Part shown: positions 39,151-52,994 of the stretch, piece after piece
Position numbering within the stretch: the first letter of the stretch is position 1
Layout: every line of letters starts with the position of its first letter
Assembly (NCBI GenBank): GCA_002633005.1
Contig: NMRA01000160.1
Coordinates: 207,640 to 271,639, forward strand
Length of the DNA: 64,000 bases
Direction of reading: 5' to 3'
Origin: Phoronis australis
Lineage: Eukaryota; Animalia; Phoronida
The notes under the pieces: model-generated
The model's database searches: none
Told to the model about the DNA's origin: nothing
What the model saw: the letters and a program-made list of their open reading frames with translations, nothing else
Translations under genes and position numbers: made by a program

Positions 39151-41536
39151 TTCATACACCAGAGACATGCTGTTAAAACTGCATGTTGCCCTGTTTAGCT
39201 GGCTATAAGATGAACATCAATTTTTTTCTCTCATAAAATCGAATTTGGTTCAAAAGCAGACAAAAAAATCAGGCGTGTCAAACATGGCTCAAGATTTCCA
39301 AATATGGTGCAAAACATTTCACAAATGGTGCAGCACTTAATGTCTGAACGGCTGCAGGGAGAACACTACCTTCAATAACACTGAAACTGCATGTGGTCGC
39401 TTTCGGTTGCTTGTGAACAGTGGGAAAGGTAAAATCTGCAAGACGCACTAGAAGTCGAGGCAAAATGTTCCACACAATTCATTGTGAGGTGATGCCCCAA
39501 GCAAAAGTCACAGAGAGAGAGAGAAAGAGGATGTTTAGCAGATTAGCAACTGTATATTCACTCAAAACAGAAAATCTATGAGACCCCAACACTCCGTCTA
39601 TGGCTGCATGGCACTTCAGGACCAGCATGGCCACTTGATAACACTGATTGGTTGCTCACTGAGGTCAAATAAAGGTCACACAACCTCAAACAGACATGAC
39701 CATTTAGATGTAGAGCAAAGAAACGCTAAGCATATTTCGCACAAAAACAATTAAAACTGTCATTTTCGAGCGGTGATTACTTGACTGCAAATAATACAAA
39801 ATTTACTAATTTTTAGTTGTTTTATGACATCTACAATGTTATAGAATTCCACTCGTTGGCCATATTATGTGCTATGTAAGCAAAGAATTACCATAACTTA
39901 CATATTTCACAGAGCATAGATATCTGGTAACGTCCTTCAAGGAAGATATTACATTCATTAACAGTTCTTGAATTTGATTGCGTTCCCAAGCTGCATTTTT
40001 GATTTTTTTGCCATCTAATAAGCAAAAACAAAATGTCTACCAAACACTACAGACAAGTTAAGGCAAATTCTCCAAACACATCTCGTGTTGAAATTTTTTG
40101 GGAGGGGGTGATATTCCAGGATTACATATAAACTACAGAATGAGCAAAACCAAGTGTTCAATAACCACTTCATCTGTGCATGCATGAGTTTACCACCAGC
40201 TGATTTTAGAAAAATGTTCATCTGTGGACAAATATCTAATAGGTTGCTCTCCACTGGTCTTTCCTGAAGAATAGGTGTCTTGCCCATGGCAGCTTTAGCA
40301 TTAGGCACTCATTTACCCTTGGACCCCAGAAAAGCATTCAGGTTAAGGCTGAAAACTGAAGCCTGAACTTTTTACATTTCACAATTTAAAGCGTCAATGT
40401 TTTGCAACATTCAGTTCAATGCTCAACCCTTGATTTTTCATTTTAATGATTTAAACGCAAGCATTAATCTGAATGGGTACAGCATTTCTCAACTTACACA
40501 AAAGGCGATTGTTAACTTTCACTAAGTGCCCATGTCGTGCAGATGCCCGGAAGATGTAGAAAAAGACAGAATTATACTCTAACTTGTTGAAAATAAAGAT
40601 GAAATATTGTGTCAATCAACCACGAAAAACGCTGAAGAAACACAAAAGTACATTTATAAAACATTCATTTGAGGACTTGCTCATTATGGCTGAATATGTT
40701 AAGTGCAATCTTTGTGTAAACGGCTAATTAGTACAGTAATCTCTCCTAAAAAAATTGAATAAAATTGCTGTTTTTCCTCTTTATTTCATGAAAAGTGACA
40801 TTTAGCTGATCAAAACAAACCCATGGTAGTGATGAAGCCATTTTTTCAGAAACTGCTTAAATTTCAATTAATTTGAAAAAATCCTACGCCTCGGCTGTAT
40901 CCTGTGCTAAATGAAGGTGTGTTTACAATTCCACCAACGACTCTCGCACAATACCATGGAGTTGAATAGTCGAAGGAGGTAACCACTAAGTTATTGATAG
41001 GAAACAAAATCAGCGCAGAGAAAACAAACAAATGAGAAAAAGTTAATGGTCACCTCCTAGTGACCCCTTCAGATAAAAACAATCGAGCTTGCCATGAAAA
41101 ACAGCTTCACCAGGAACTGCCATTTCAAATTAAATAGAATGTTGAAGCCCACAACTACAAAGAAGCAAGCAAGTTGATCGCTGATGTATTTACGGACTAT
41201 GGGGAAATGTTTTAAAGTTGGCACAACCTTTAAAGTTGCTGGACGCGAGGGAATGAGGTGGCAGAAATACGAATTATTTCACTATAAATAAAACCCAACT
41301 TTTTATATGTTATACATCAAAAAGGATCATGTTCTTTGATCTGGTTACAAAAAACACCCAAAGCCAGCACATCCATACATTCTAAAACAGTAACCACAGA
41401 TCAGTCAGGTAGTCCCACCTTTACTTAAAAGCAAAAGAAAACTCTAAGCGTGAGCTGTAATACAATACGTGACGTAGCCTTTTCGTGCCAGTTTCGTCAA
41501 TGACGGTGTATTGAATTGAACACCATAGTGACATAA

Positions 41537-42036
41537 GGCCCTTTCATAATAGCATCGACGCATCAAAATTTTGGGGAGTTGCGGTCAGCATGTAACTCCA
41601 GTCCTGGATTGAAATTAACAGTGCCAGTTCACCTCACAGTAAACAGGTGGATTTAACAGCTGAGCCTGGACGCTACAGTGAACGGTCAACTTCGGTCCCA
41701 TAGAAGTTATCGCCAGGGGCCACTGTTATCATCAACAACTAAAGGGCAGTGTCGTCGCTAATAGTTGCTTATATTTTGCTCGAATTACCACCAATGGAAT
41801 TAAAAATAAGTTTTATATCAATTAGCACATGTAAATGTTCCCAAATTGTCATATTAAAAAAATCTTAGCGTGACTGCAATGCATCAACTCTACCTTGCGA
41901 CTACTTTGATGACAGCAGCGCCACCAAATGTTTATTGCGATGTCCCTTAACTACAGGAGCCAGTATGAACACTTCAGTTACCTTGCATCGACACTCGACA
42001 CTCCGCCCAGACCAGAGTTGTCAGTATGAAAGGGCC
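41537..42036 (-). mobile_element. Harbinger-like MITE copy 3 (inverted)
   Basis: taa|ggccctttcata…tatgaaagggcc|tga. Internal gaagttatcgccaggggcccactg is the reverse complement of copies 1 and 2. Confidence 0.85.
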
Positions 42037-43018
42037 TGAAGATGAATCAGTGTTCTCCATGACCTGTTTGATTTCTTTATTTTGACCACTGTCTAACTTT
42101 TCAAAGTGGTTGTAAATGCAACCTGAGTTTTTGAGTGTAGAGATCACTACATGGATTCACTACAAAACCTCACCAATTTCCAACAAATATAATACTAGAC
42201 AAAATTGATCTTCTTTCATTTGTCAAAAGCTTTTAATTAACACTGCTGTGAATGACCATAACTACTAAAAGCATGAAATGAAACTTAAAACTGGCAGAGC
42301 ATTAACATAGTACTGTCTTCTATGAGAAAAGGGAAAATAAAATGTCTCCTATCTGCCATGATGTCCGATAATTTATCGTAACTCTATAAGCCTAACCGTT
42401 CTTTACATTTGGCAATTTATAGCCTGATGCCCAAAACCTCTTGAACCCACCAAATTCACGAGTTAACCATTCGACCTTCGTATGCTTAGAAATTTTACAC
42501 TAAGTTCACAAGGACGCTCTTGAAGTAACTGAGTGAAAATTCCGACAATTTAATTGGTCAACGCAGTTTCGCGGGACTCCAACAGTCAAGACCACAATTC
42601 ATGAGATTCATGCAGTCATTTGGTAAGCCTGTCAAGATTTATTGCATTGTACGCTTTGAACTAAAATGATATGTTTACCTATTTGTTTTCACAAAATGTA
42701 TTTCATTTTGGATTCCTAAATTGTTTTCTTCATACTATAGAAAATAAAGGTGACTTAGCTTGCACGTAGATTTTCAGCGATTTACCACATAGCCTTTCAA
42801 TTGTTGTACTTCATAGCAGACTATGTGAATGCCAGAACTCCAAACATTCATGCCTGACTGTACTATATGTTTAGAGTGGACATGATATTCGAGAATTTAC
42901 GATGACTTTTTTTATTGATTGATTTCTCATTTATTTTGCAGACATGAAGTGGATGCGTGCTCACCCAGAGAGCAAAATGCAACATCGTTACCATTCGTTT
43001 GTAGCCATTTATCAATAG

Positions 43019-43512
43019 GGCCTTTCATACTAACGTCAGCGGTTTGGGGAGTTGCCGTCAGTATGAACGCTCAACTCCGGTCCTGGATCGAAGTTAACAG
43101 CTCCAATTAACATTGCAGTTAGCAGGAGAATTTAACAGCGCAGCGTCGATGCTGCGGTGCAGTATGAACGGTTAACTTTGGTCTAATCGAAATTATCGCC
43201 AGGTGTCACTGTTATCGTCAACAATTAAAGGGTAGTGCCGTCACCAATTGCTGCTTATATTTTGCTATAATAACGAATCGATTTCAAAATAAGTTTAATT
43301 TCAATTAGCACATATAAATGTTCCCAAATTGTCACATTGAAAAAATCACAGCGTGCAGCGCTACCTTGCGATAACTTCGATGACGACAGCGGCACCAACC
43401 GCTTACTTCGATTTTCATTAACTACCGAAGCCAGCATGAACGGTCCAGTTAACTGCGCTGTTAATATGTCGACGCTCTGCTCAGACCAGAGTTAAGTCAA
43501 TATGAAGGAGCC
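43019..43512 (-). mobile_element. Harbinger-like MITE copy 4 (inverted)
   Basis: tag|ggcctttcatact…tatgaaggagcc|taa, colinear with copy 3. Confidence 0.83.
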
Positions 43513-45070
43513 TAATGAGCTGCTACCCAGTTATTATCCACCTACTTTGCATAAACATAATTGCCAAAAGGCTGATTACATAACTACATATAAAATTTTA
43601 CCAAAATTTGTCACATGACGTCTACACAGTACATACTATGCTAATAATAGACTAAAATCTTTATTGGTTTCGCAGATAAACTTGACAAATTAGAATTTCA
43701 CCTGTCCGTCATATCGTATGTTAAATAAATGAAGAACTTTTGTAGCTAAAGTGAAATTCATTGGTCATGCACTAGACTGAAGGCTGCAGTTGGATTATAC
43801 CACCAAACAGAAGGGTGAATGGACAGTTGGTTGGGACTTGTGCTTAGAATAACAACACTTATGCAACTTTCCTCACCACAACACAAACAGTGAACAACTT
43901 CAAATGATGGGAAGGAACAAAAGAGTGTAGGGCATCAATGACTTCAACACAAATCCAGCAGAGTTGAACTACATTAGTCAAAAACATGCTATACCAGGGA
44001 CCTTATGGTTGATCAAAGCCCAGGGTCTAATCTTTTTAGTGGAGATAGAACTCAATTTGTCTTGAGCACTTTCTCTTCTGTGAGTGTCTTATCATTTTAT
44101 GCTCCAGTACATAACAGCCTTGGGGGAAAGGTATTAATCCTGGTGTGCACTTAATAACCCCATCACTGTGGCTACAATTTTGAGTCTGAGCTCAGTTTCG
44201 AGTTTTTAGCTCGAAATCTATGGACTAACAAATGTGAACCTGGATTAGAAACACATTTGCACAAGCTATAATGTGACATACAGCAGAAGAACGAAGCCTT
44301 GCCATATCCACGTTCTGTACCAACAGACGATATTTTGAAAATCTGGGCATTCACAACGTTAGAAGTCCCTGAATAGTGAAAGAAGTGTAATTTTTGTGAT
44401 TACTTTGTCCAAAATTGAGGAGGTTTTACACCAACTGTGTTTCTACTGGTGCTTGGTGACAGCTACAAAGGAGTTCCTACACAATAATTACCTACATTCC
44501 TTGAGCAGCATGATTCAGTCAAGGAGTACATAACAGAAAAGTCTCATTTGAATGATCCACACCAACATTTTTATAGAATAGAAAAAAGCCTTAGATAAAT
44601 GTCAACATTCCCGATATTTATTGGGTTAAGAATGTTTATTGTTAGTACAGTGTTGAAGACAATATGGTGGACAAGTGAAATTTTGTTTTCTCAGTTTTTA
44701 CATCAAATAAATACCAAAACCTTCGATAAATTGAAACATTAATTAAAGTTTCGTTAATTTATTTTTGTCTGGTGAAATTTTCTATTGTAAAAAATGAAAT
44801 TCCTTTTAACAGTTAGCTTTAAATCATTCTATTTCATATCTGATTCAAGCCATTGGCTCCCACATACTAAGAAAAACAGGATGTTGATGACCTAAAATCG
44901 GTATACCCGGTAACTATAATGTTATAAATGTCATTTTCCTTAAATTTCAGGGTACATTCCATATTGGGTTGGTATGAATTCATATACAGCGGACAATAAA
45001 TGATCATCAACCTGATGTGTGATCACCATTCAGTGCATCATTTATAGGAAGCCTTTTGGTCATTTATCAT

Positions 45071-45394
45071 TGGTCAGTGATAAGAAACCATAAATAATTA
45101 TATCGACCATTAACATGAATTCTAATCAACCTGAGTTAGCTTTATTGAAGAACTATTACAAAGTGAAAACACACTTCAGGAGTTCACGATGAAATCAGCA
45201 ACAAGGAATGTACATTGGAATAGGAATTTTGGACAGTGATAAGAAACCATAAATAATTATATCAAACATTAACATGAATTCTAATCAACCTGAGTTAGCT
45301 TTATTGAAGAACTATTACAAAGAGAAAACACACTTCAGGAGTTCAGGATGAAATCAACAACAAGGAATGTACATTGGAATAGGAATTTTGGACA
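45071..45394 (+). repeat. Recent direct tandem duplication, 159-bp unit x2
   Basis: cagtgataagaaaccataaataattatatc…ggaataggaattttgga starts at 45075 and 45234 with only a few mismatches. Confidence 0.92.
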
Positions 45395-47985
45395 AAAATT
45401 AATAGCTAAAACTTGATGCTTCTCAATTTTTAAAAAGCCTCTATCAACATTGTGAATGGCCACAGTTTGTCAAAACATTGTCTAACAATAGCTATACCAC
45501 ACACCTTAAGAGTTATAAAGTCTTTATCGTGCGCAACTTGTCCTTAGTGGAAAAATCAAGAAATAAATTTCAGTTGTCTGCCATACTGTGTCCTAAATTG
45601 ATGAGATTTTACCAGAACATTAAGGTAGAATCGCTCACCTGAATACCCTTACAAAGTCAACCTAAAGTCTATTGTTGCTCTCTGAATATTCAACGACATC
45701 ACAATGTGGTAAGAGCTTTCCAATTTAGGACACAAAATAGCGAACAAAAGAAATTTATTTTCTCATTTCAAATACTTAAAAGCTAAGAAGCACCAAATTA
45801 ATGATTTACCATATTTAAGAGCTGTACCATCGATACCATTGGAAAAAAAATTGAAAAATCGTGAGCTTTCACAACAACGTCAGAAGACCAAATGGAAAAC
45901 GAAGAAGGGCAAATTTTGGCAATTATTTTTGTAAGACATTGGTGAGGTTTTATCCTAATCTGGTAAGCTGGCCACTCACACCACTTCATAGGCTTGTCAT
46001 AGGTAAGGTTGGGTTGGGAGTTGTGACATAATTCTGTTGTTTGCAAAGTAAGAATACACAACACCCACACAGTCAAGCACAACATAAAGAGACCAAGCCC
46101 TGTGGTTGGATTAACTTCCTCCAAATATTTGCCAGATTCCTGTTCTTGGGTGAACAGTTGAAAGGAACAAACTGGCAGACTAGGGGGAAGATACTTGACT
46201 ATACTTTTGACAGAGGATGCCTCAAGGAAATTCAGATATCCACCCAACATAAAAAAGAGACCCATTTGCAGTGAGCTTCCATGAAAAGCCACCGTTTCAT
46301 CTAGCTCCAGAAACATATACCTTTCACAGAGTAGCCGTTCTTGTCAACATTTGCCAATAATGGCATTAATGAGATGCCACATTCTCAAAAATGAGATGTC
46401 AACACCTTTTGCCAGCAAAGTCTTAATTAATACATTTTCCATAGCTGTTTATCAGTTTTTTGTTGGAAAAATGAACCTTTTGTACAGTTTTGACCTCCCA
46501 AAGTGAACCCTTTTGTTAAGAATTAAACCTGAAAAGGCAACCATTCGTAGAGAATTTCATCAGAAATGCACCCTTTTGTGGAGAAACTGGTCAGGGAAAA
46601 AGTCAGCCAGAGTCATGATGCAATACCCCTTCAACTATCCCCGGGTCCCTGACTCAACCGAGGCACAAGTAGAAGCCATATAATCAACAAATGTTAAATG
46701 CTTTTCAGATAACAAACAAATATTAAAAATGACTACAAATCCATATGTCACAAAAATTGATTTTTGATTTTAGACCTCTTACTATTTGACGAAATTTTCC
46801 TTGAATTGTTCTTTAGTCAAATCAGAAGATTTTTCTGGCTAGGAAAGAACGTGACATTTTTGCTTGAGACCGGCCTCTGAAGTTTGGATGGTCATGGTGG
46901 TCCTTTGAAACACCAAGCACAGTCTCGAGCAAAAACGAAGTGCCAGCTCTTCAATGCCAAAGATCTATTTCATATCCAAGTCAGTCCACAAGTTGAGACT
47001 GGCTTATGGCGATAAGTCAGTGGTCGAAATCAAAAGTTACAATAAAATATCACCTTTTTAGACAAAAATAATTGCCAAAATTTATCTTTTTATTTTTTCA
47101 AGGCTTCTAATTTCTCATGTTGTTTTGAATACCCGCAATTCTTCAGAATAACTGTCTGGTGGCAGTAATGGTATAGATTTTTAAAAATGACGAAGGGTTC
47201 ATCATTTATGAAAACATTTACCTCACTTGTCAGCCATATTGTGTCCTAAATTAGGGACATTTTACTGTAGTTTCTTTATCTTTAACAACTAATGGGGTTT
47301 TGGGATGTTGTGTCTCATCAAATCCATTAATATGTCTAATTTAAGTATCGCTAACAACTACCAAATGATCACGTCTGCATAAATTATGTAAATGATGAAA
47401 GGAAAGACAACAAAAAACACCTGGAATACATAGTCTATCAAATGTTTGCTGGATTCTCTGCTTTGATTAAACTTCACAACTACCACAAACATTCTGGTTA
47501 GTGCACATGTTCCTATTAACAGCCCCAACTGGCTACTTTTTGAATTAAGCACCTACTTCTCTGGGCTAAGTGTACAATCTCCATGTTGGAAAACACGGAT
47601 ATCTCAGCTGATGATCACTTCCTCCTTGACCTAGTTTCTGTTCACAGTAAACTTTTACTTCAATCATCCGCATTTTGAGAAACAAGTTTCTCCACTGAAT
47701 AACAGGCAACAAACAGGTTCTCGAAATCTGGCAACCAAGTTACAAAGTTACTCTATGACGAAGTGTGAAAGGACTTCAGGAAGATGGACACTTGCCTTAA
47801 AAGATTCAGCTGGACACAGTTCAATTACTATATAATTAATAGTTTTACAGCTGATCTTCACTCATTCAAGGTGGCCACATTTTTTTCGAATTTTAAAAAC
47901 ATTAAAATAAATTTTCAATCTGAGGCTCAAAAGTAAAGTTTCGCAGGGCAGTACCGACCTTTAACAAGGACAATGATCACTTATA

Positions 47986-48839
47986 GGGGGTCCCAGATTT
48001 TGAGAACCGTCGGAGGTCCTAAAGTAGTGAGTGCCCTAAAGTCATGAACGATCTTATTACCGCTTCTGTACGTTCCCACGACATCTAGCGTTGAAGTATC
48101 AAGCGTTGAAGTTTCCAGCGTTCGTCTGCTTACGAACATCAAACGAATACCGGACGTGTTGATATTCACAATATGAAAATAAACAGTGAGTGGGTGGCTT
48201 CTTTTCAGAAATGTATCTTAAAACAACCTATTTCACCAACCCACTTTTTGTGCATTTTCAGAATATATTTTCGAAACTAAACATCATTCAGATATGCTGT
48301 AACGTACTTTCCAAGGGTGTATCAAAATGTCCCAGGGTGGATCAAGTTTTGTAAGGCCAAAGCAATAAATTACAAGGAGATGATTTATGTTGGGTTCTTA
48401 GCGTATCTCACTGAAAAGGTCTGTGCACATCGAAGTTGGGTGCAAAACACATAACAATTCATTTCAATTGAACGTGAATTAATAAACAATGCAATGCGTT
48501 TTTATGTCGTCTACAGTAACTGTAAGCACTGTAGTTGATTTGTGTGGTCTTACTTCGTGCATTTCCGTCTAAACGAAACGGTCATGGCTTTAGGGCCTCA
48601 TTCAAAATGGCCGGCGATATCAGCGACCGTTTCAAAACTCTACTTTCATAGACAAACAAGGGACAAGATTGGCAAAACACGTTTACTTGTGAAGGCTGAT
48701 ATATGTCCATGACATCACACGAGCAGCTGCTAAAGGACATTGGGTAGTATGATAATCGGCTGCTTTTTATGCTCATATTCACAACTTTAGGTTACCAGTG
48801 TCTACATGGAAAAAAATGGTTCTCAAAATGCGGGACCCC
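47986..48839. mobile_element. ~850-bp non-autonomous TIR element (TTAA-like flanks, Kolobok-like)
   Basis: ggggtcccagattttgagaacc…ggttctcaaaatgcgggacccc, flanked by ttata and ttaa. Confidence 0.75.
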
Positions 48840-51800
48840 TTAAGGGACTATCAGCCATGTGGACGAGGCAAATGTTTTCAAACTTGGACCTCGTACCGTC
48901 TAAAGTCGAGAGTTTGGCAACTCAGCAAAACAACAATACCAAATGGTGAAATTTGACGCCATTTGTCTAAGTTCAAGATCCCTTGGTAAGATACACAAAA
49001 CCCATGTGTATCAGAACCGACACATTGGAAGATAACTACCTCACTCTTTGTACTATAACACTTGGCTTGTTTAGAAGTATAGTAAAATCAGTGGCAATAG
49101 TCCCATATAACATGCTGGTATGTTGAGAAACAATTTGATTCCAACTATTCAGTGGAGAAAACGTGTTCTCAAAATTCGGGCACATAAAAATATCCGACCA
49201 TTATCAAATCAGTAGTACTAATCAAAAGTTTCATCTTCTTTAAGTTACACATCGAAACAACCACCAGACCTTTTGAGAAATCACGGTCTTTTAGAACCTT
49301 TGAATAACGAACAAACATCAATGTGGGCAAATAGTTTTGTTCAAAATTGGTGAAACTTTACCGTACAATCACGTGACAGGAAGGAGAGACTGGGGGATGA
49401 TGGGAAGTTAGTAAAAAATAAAGTATTAACGAGTCGTCCAATCCACACTCAGTTCTAAGGTTGTGATGATGCTCAAAATGGAGACACTTAGAACCAATTT
49501 TTATTTTTTAATCAAGATCCTCAAATTCCACCATGTGCTTCAAGACACACCTACCCTTACAGTAATTCTCCACTAATTTGCCACAAAAATAATGAGCAAA
49601 ATTGTCATTTTTCCATTTTTCAAGGGCAGCTTACTTTACAGCAAAAAAGGAAATTTTACCATCCATAAGTTGCTTTACGTCATCTGCCCAGTACATACCA
49701 TACTAGTAAAAGGCTAAGATTTTCTTAATCTTTATTTTCGTGGAGAAATATGACAAAATAGGATTTCATTCGTCGACTTTATTGTACGCTAAATATGTGA
49801 AGAATTATTTGTACATTTCTCCGTAAGCACGCCCATCATAGCACACAAACAAGGTGTTAAATATACTACAGTCCAACTGAAAAGAGTTCTGATAACCGCC
49901 AGGGGCAGCCATTACCCTGCAGGGACGTATGTGATGAATATGACCCAGACTCGGGACACAGCACAGGTGTTTTGGCCCTATTAATTAATGACAGCCATGT
50001 ACAGTGTGCGAGATCTTAAAAGTCATGTTGCGATCCCTTCAATAAGGGGTATCTTCTTCGGTGACACAGCTCACTGGTAGAGTTGCAATGCACTGAACAG
50101 TTAGGAATTTCATGGGGTCTAGGGTCCTCAACATGCTGAACCACTGGGGTATCATTTATAACAAGATAAACAGACAGCATGCTACACCAGGTCTGCTATG
50201 CTTGAATGAATATCAGGGTTCCCAGATTGAAGTGCAAATGACTTGTCTGAAGAATGCAGCCCAGGTAAACTTTTGACACACGCAATGAACTAAAGATAAA
50301 AACAAGGGTAAACTATGTACTGTTTTCACGCAACATGAACTTTATGTGATTACTAGTATCAAGGATATGAAAAAGTGTATTCTAGATGGGTTGAGGGTAT
50401 TTAAAATGTCAAATATTAAAATATGACCCACAGGAATGCAACCATAACATTATATTAAGCGCCCAGTGGCTGTTTAGGCAACGTGTTCACATTTTCTACA
50501 AGTGTTGAATATTATGATATGCATAATTTTGCAATCCTCACAAGAAACTGAATCATGAAATAATGTATGTTACAACTTCTTATTTTCCAGTTATTTTCAG
50601 CTACAAAACCACCACTCACATTTTATATCATTTTGAAGTCAGGCATTTTTGACCCACTAATGTAATGCTCGACATAAATTAAAACTTTTAAGAAAAGATT
50701 TGGCATAGAAGTAACACGTGTAATTCAGGTAATAATTTTTGTTTTCACAGAAATTGGATGTTTGTGATACTGAAATACGAGACTGTTTGGTGCATAAAAC
50801 ATTTTCAATAACAAACTCCACAAATACTTTTTACGGTGTCTACAAAGCCACAAGGTTTACCTTCAGATGTTTTTTTGCATATTCCTAGAAAGTGGAGGTT
50901 TGCTATTTTGAAATATGAGAATTTGGTTAAGTGATATTTTTCAATGACCAAAAATGAAAGCCAGAAAATAGCTTTACTAGGAACTACTACCAGGCAGAAG
51001 TAATGACCTAGGTACAGAAAAAACCTCCCCAATTCTGAACAAAAATGACAGAACTACCCACTTTTCATTTTTCACAGTCTTTGAACATTACTGTGAGTGC
51101 ACACAATTTTTGAAAATATTTTGCCATGGCAGCTATAGCACATGGTAAAGCATATCACTCTATGAAAAATGAGAAATAAAAATGTCACCTGTCCTGGCTG
51201 TCCACCCTATTGTGTCCTAAACTTGAGTGAGTTCATCATACAACTGTTTTTCATATTCCAGGAGACCCTAAGTTTCTACAAGAAAGGCTCAGATAACGGC
51301 TTGCATTTTGTGCTAAAACTTAAAAAATGTTCTCTGCAATAGCAATCAACAGTGGTACTTTCTTTAACTTCTACGCAATAGCAAAAAACTTTGAGACTCC
51401 CGGGGTTAGAAAAATACAGTTTCCAGAAAAACCACTTCTTGGAACTGACATTCTAGAATACTTATTTTTTTGAAACACATGGTTGAGTTCGCACGCATGG
51501 AAAGAAAAAAATGGTAAGAGTTATCATTTGCATCTGAAAACAAAACACATAATTTGACAGTAAAACAGTTCAACACCGAAATTGTTCAACAACAAGGGGG
51601 AAATCTCAGTTTCGTGAAATTTATTGAATTTCAAAACAAAAACAATCAAATTTTTCACTTTTATTAAAAGTTTTCAGTGGCATCTTACACTGCTTAACAA
51701 ACCCTCACAACTTTTTCAAATGTCCTTAAGGCAATTCCTGTAGAAAGAAATTACATGTATCGCGACAACCCTAAAGTACAACATACTTGACGTAAAAAGA

Positions 51801-52799
51801 AGGTATTTTACAATCAGAATGGCAAGGTGGCGCTGAAACTTAGTACACAACAGTCCTGAGAAATTGGGAAACTGACTTAAGACGCATCTATTTTTGAAAT
51901 CTTGGATGAATCCTCCTTCACCACTATGGTCCTAAGTCACAGCTGTAAATACTGTGGGGTGGGTGCTAAGCTAAGCATGGGAATTTAAAGGTGAACATTT
52001 GCAAATTTCAGGGGTGGGCATCAAGCCAAACATGGGAAATAACCCAGACAAGGCCAGTAATATTCCTCAATGATTCTGAACGTCTCGTCCTAACTGAAGA
52101 TTCCCTGCTGCACATTCCTACTTTGTGAACAAGTCGTGAAACACCAAAAGTGTTGCTACCTAGTTACTGGTAAATATATGTGTAATTAATTGTCAAACAA
52201 TGTCCTCCTCTGCATTGAGGTCATGACCCATGCCTGTGTAGTCATTAGTGAACTGATAACACAGTTTTCAGCAATAATATCTGAATAAGTGGCAATGATT
52301 TTACTTTGCGCCAGACTTTTTAGATCAGAATCTGGTCAACTGCACAGTCTTTGCTTCCTCCATTAAATGCAGATAAAAACTCGTCGAAACTGTCAAGGGG
52401 AATTCTGGGTTATTTTCAGCATAACAATTACAACTGAAGGAACAAAACTCGTGTAGATAATGTAATGCAACTTATTAAGGAATTATAAATACTACTTACA
52501 AGACAAAGGGCAAAAACAGCCAACATACGGTAATGGTCATTAAAATTCATTACATTTACCTGGGTAGACTGAGTTTGAAACGCATGTATCGTGCTGAATT
52601 GTAACAGCGATTCTTCCAATACTTCAAACTGAAGAGGGAACCGCGACACAGATGGTGATTTCAGGAGACATTGCAGTAAAATTTCACTAATTTATCAATA
52701 AATCTTGTAACACCAGACTTCCTAAAACCAGTTTAAGGTGGTGACGCAGTAACATCATTTCTAAAATCTCTTGGGTCTATTTACACCAACTTCTAGCCT

Positions 52800-52994
52800 T
52801 TTGACATTGACACGTTTTGGTAGGCCATTTCTCCAGCCATCTTCAGGTGTCACAACGCTCTCAGAAGAACGAGCAGGGTGTATGGTACACTCATGGTTGG
52901 CACTTAGAACATTCTTTTCCTGGGGCAGGGTGGGGTTTGAACCTGGGACCTTTCATTTGCCAGTCATACACTCAATACCACTATGCCACCGAGC
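52800..52994 (-). mobile_element. tRNA-derived SINE
   Basis: Minus strand gctcggTGGCATAGTGGtattgagtgtatgactggcaaatgaaaggtcccaGGTTCAAACCcc has Pol III A and B boxes at tRNA-like spacing. Confidence 0.65.

Noticed and set aside
45798-46316. 172-aa minus-strand ORF with a hydrophobic stretch, considered as the InR signal-peptide exon or a nested gene
   Set aside because: No recognisable domain and no suitable phase-1 donor after the hydrophobic part. The exon at 55861-56068 fits far better.
52920-52994. Possible tRNA gene (also 38292-38366)
   Set aside because: A and B boxes are present but the acceptor and anticodon stems do not pair well. Treated as SINE heads.
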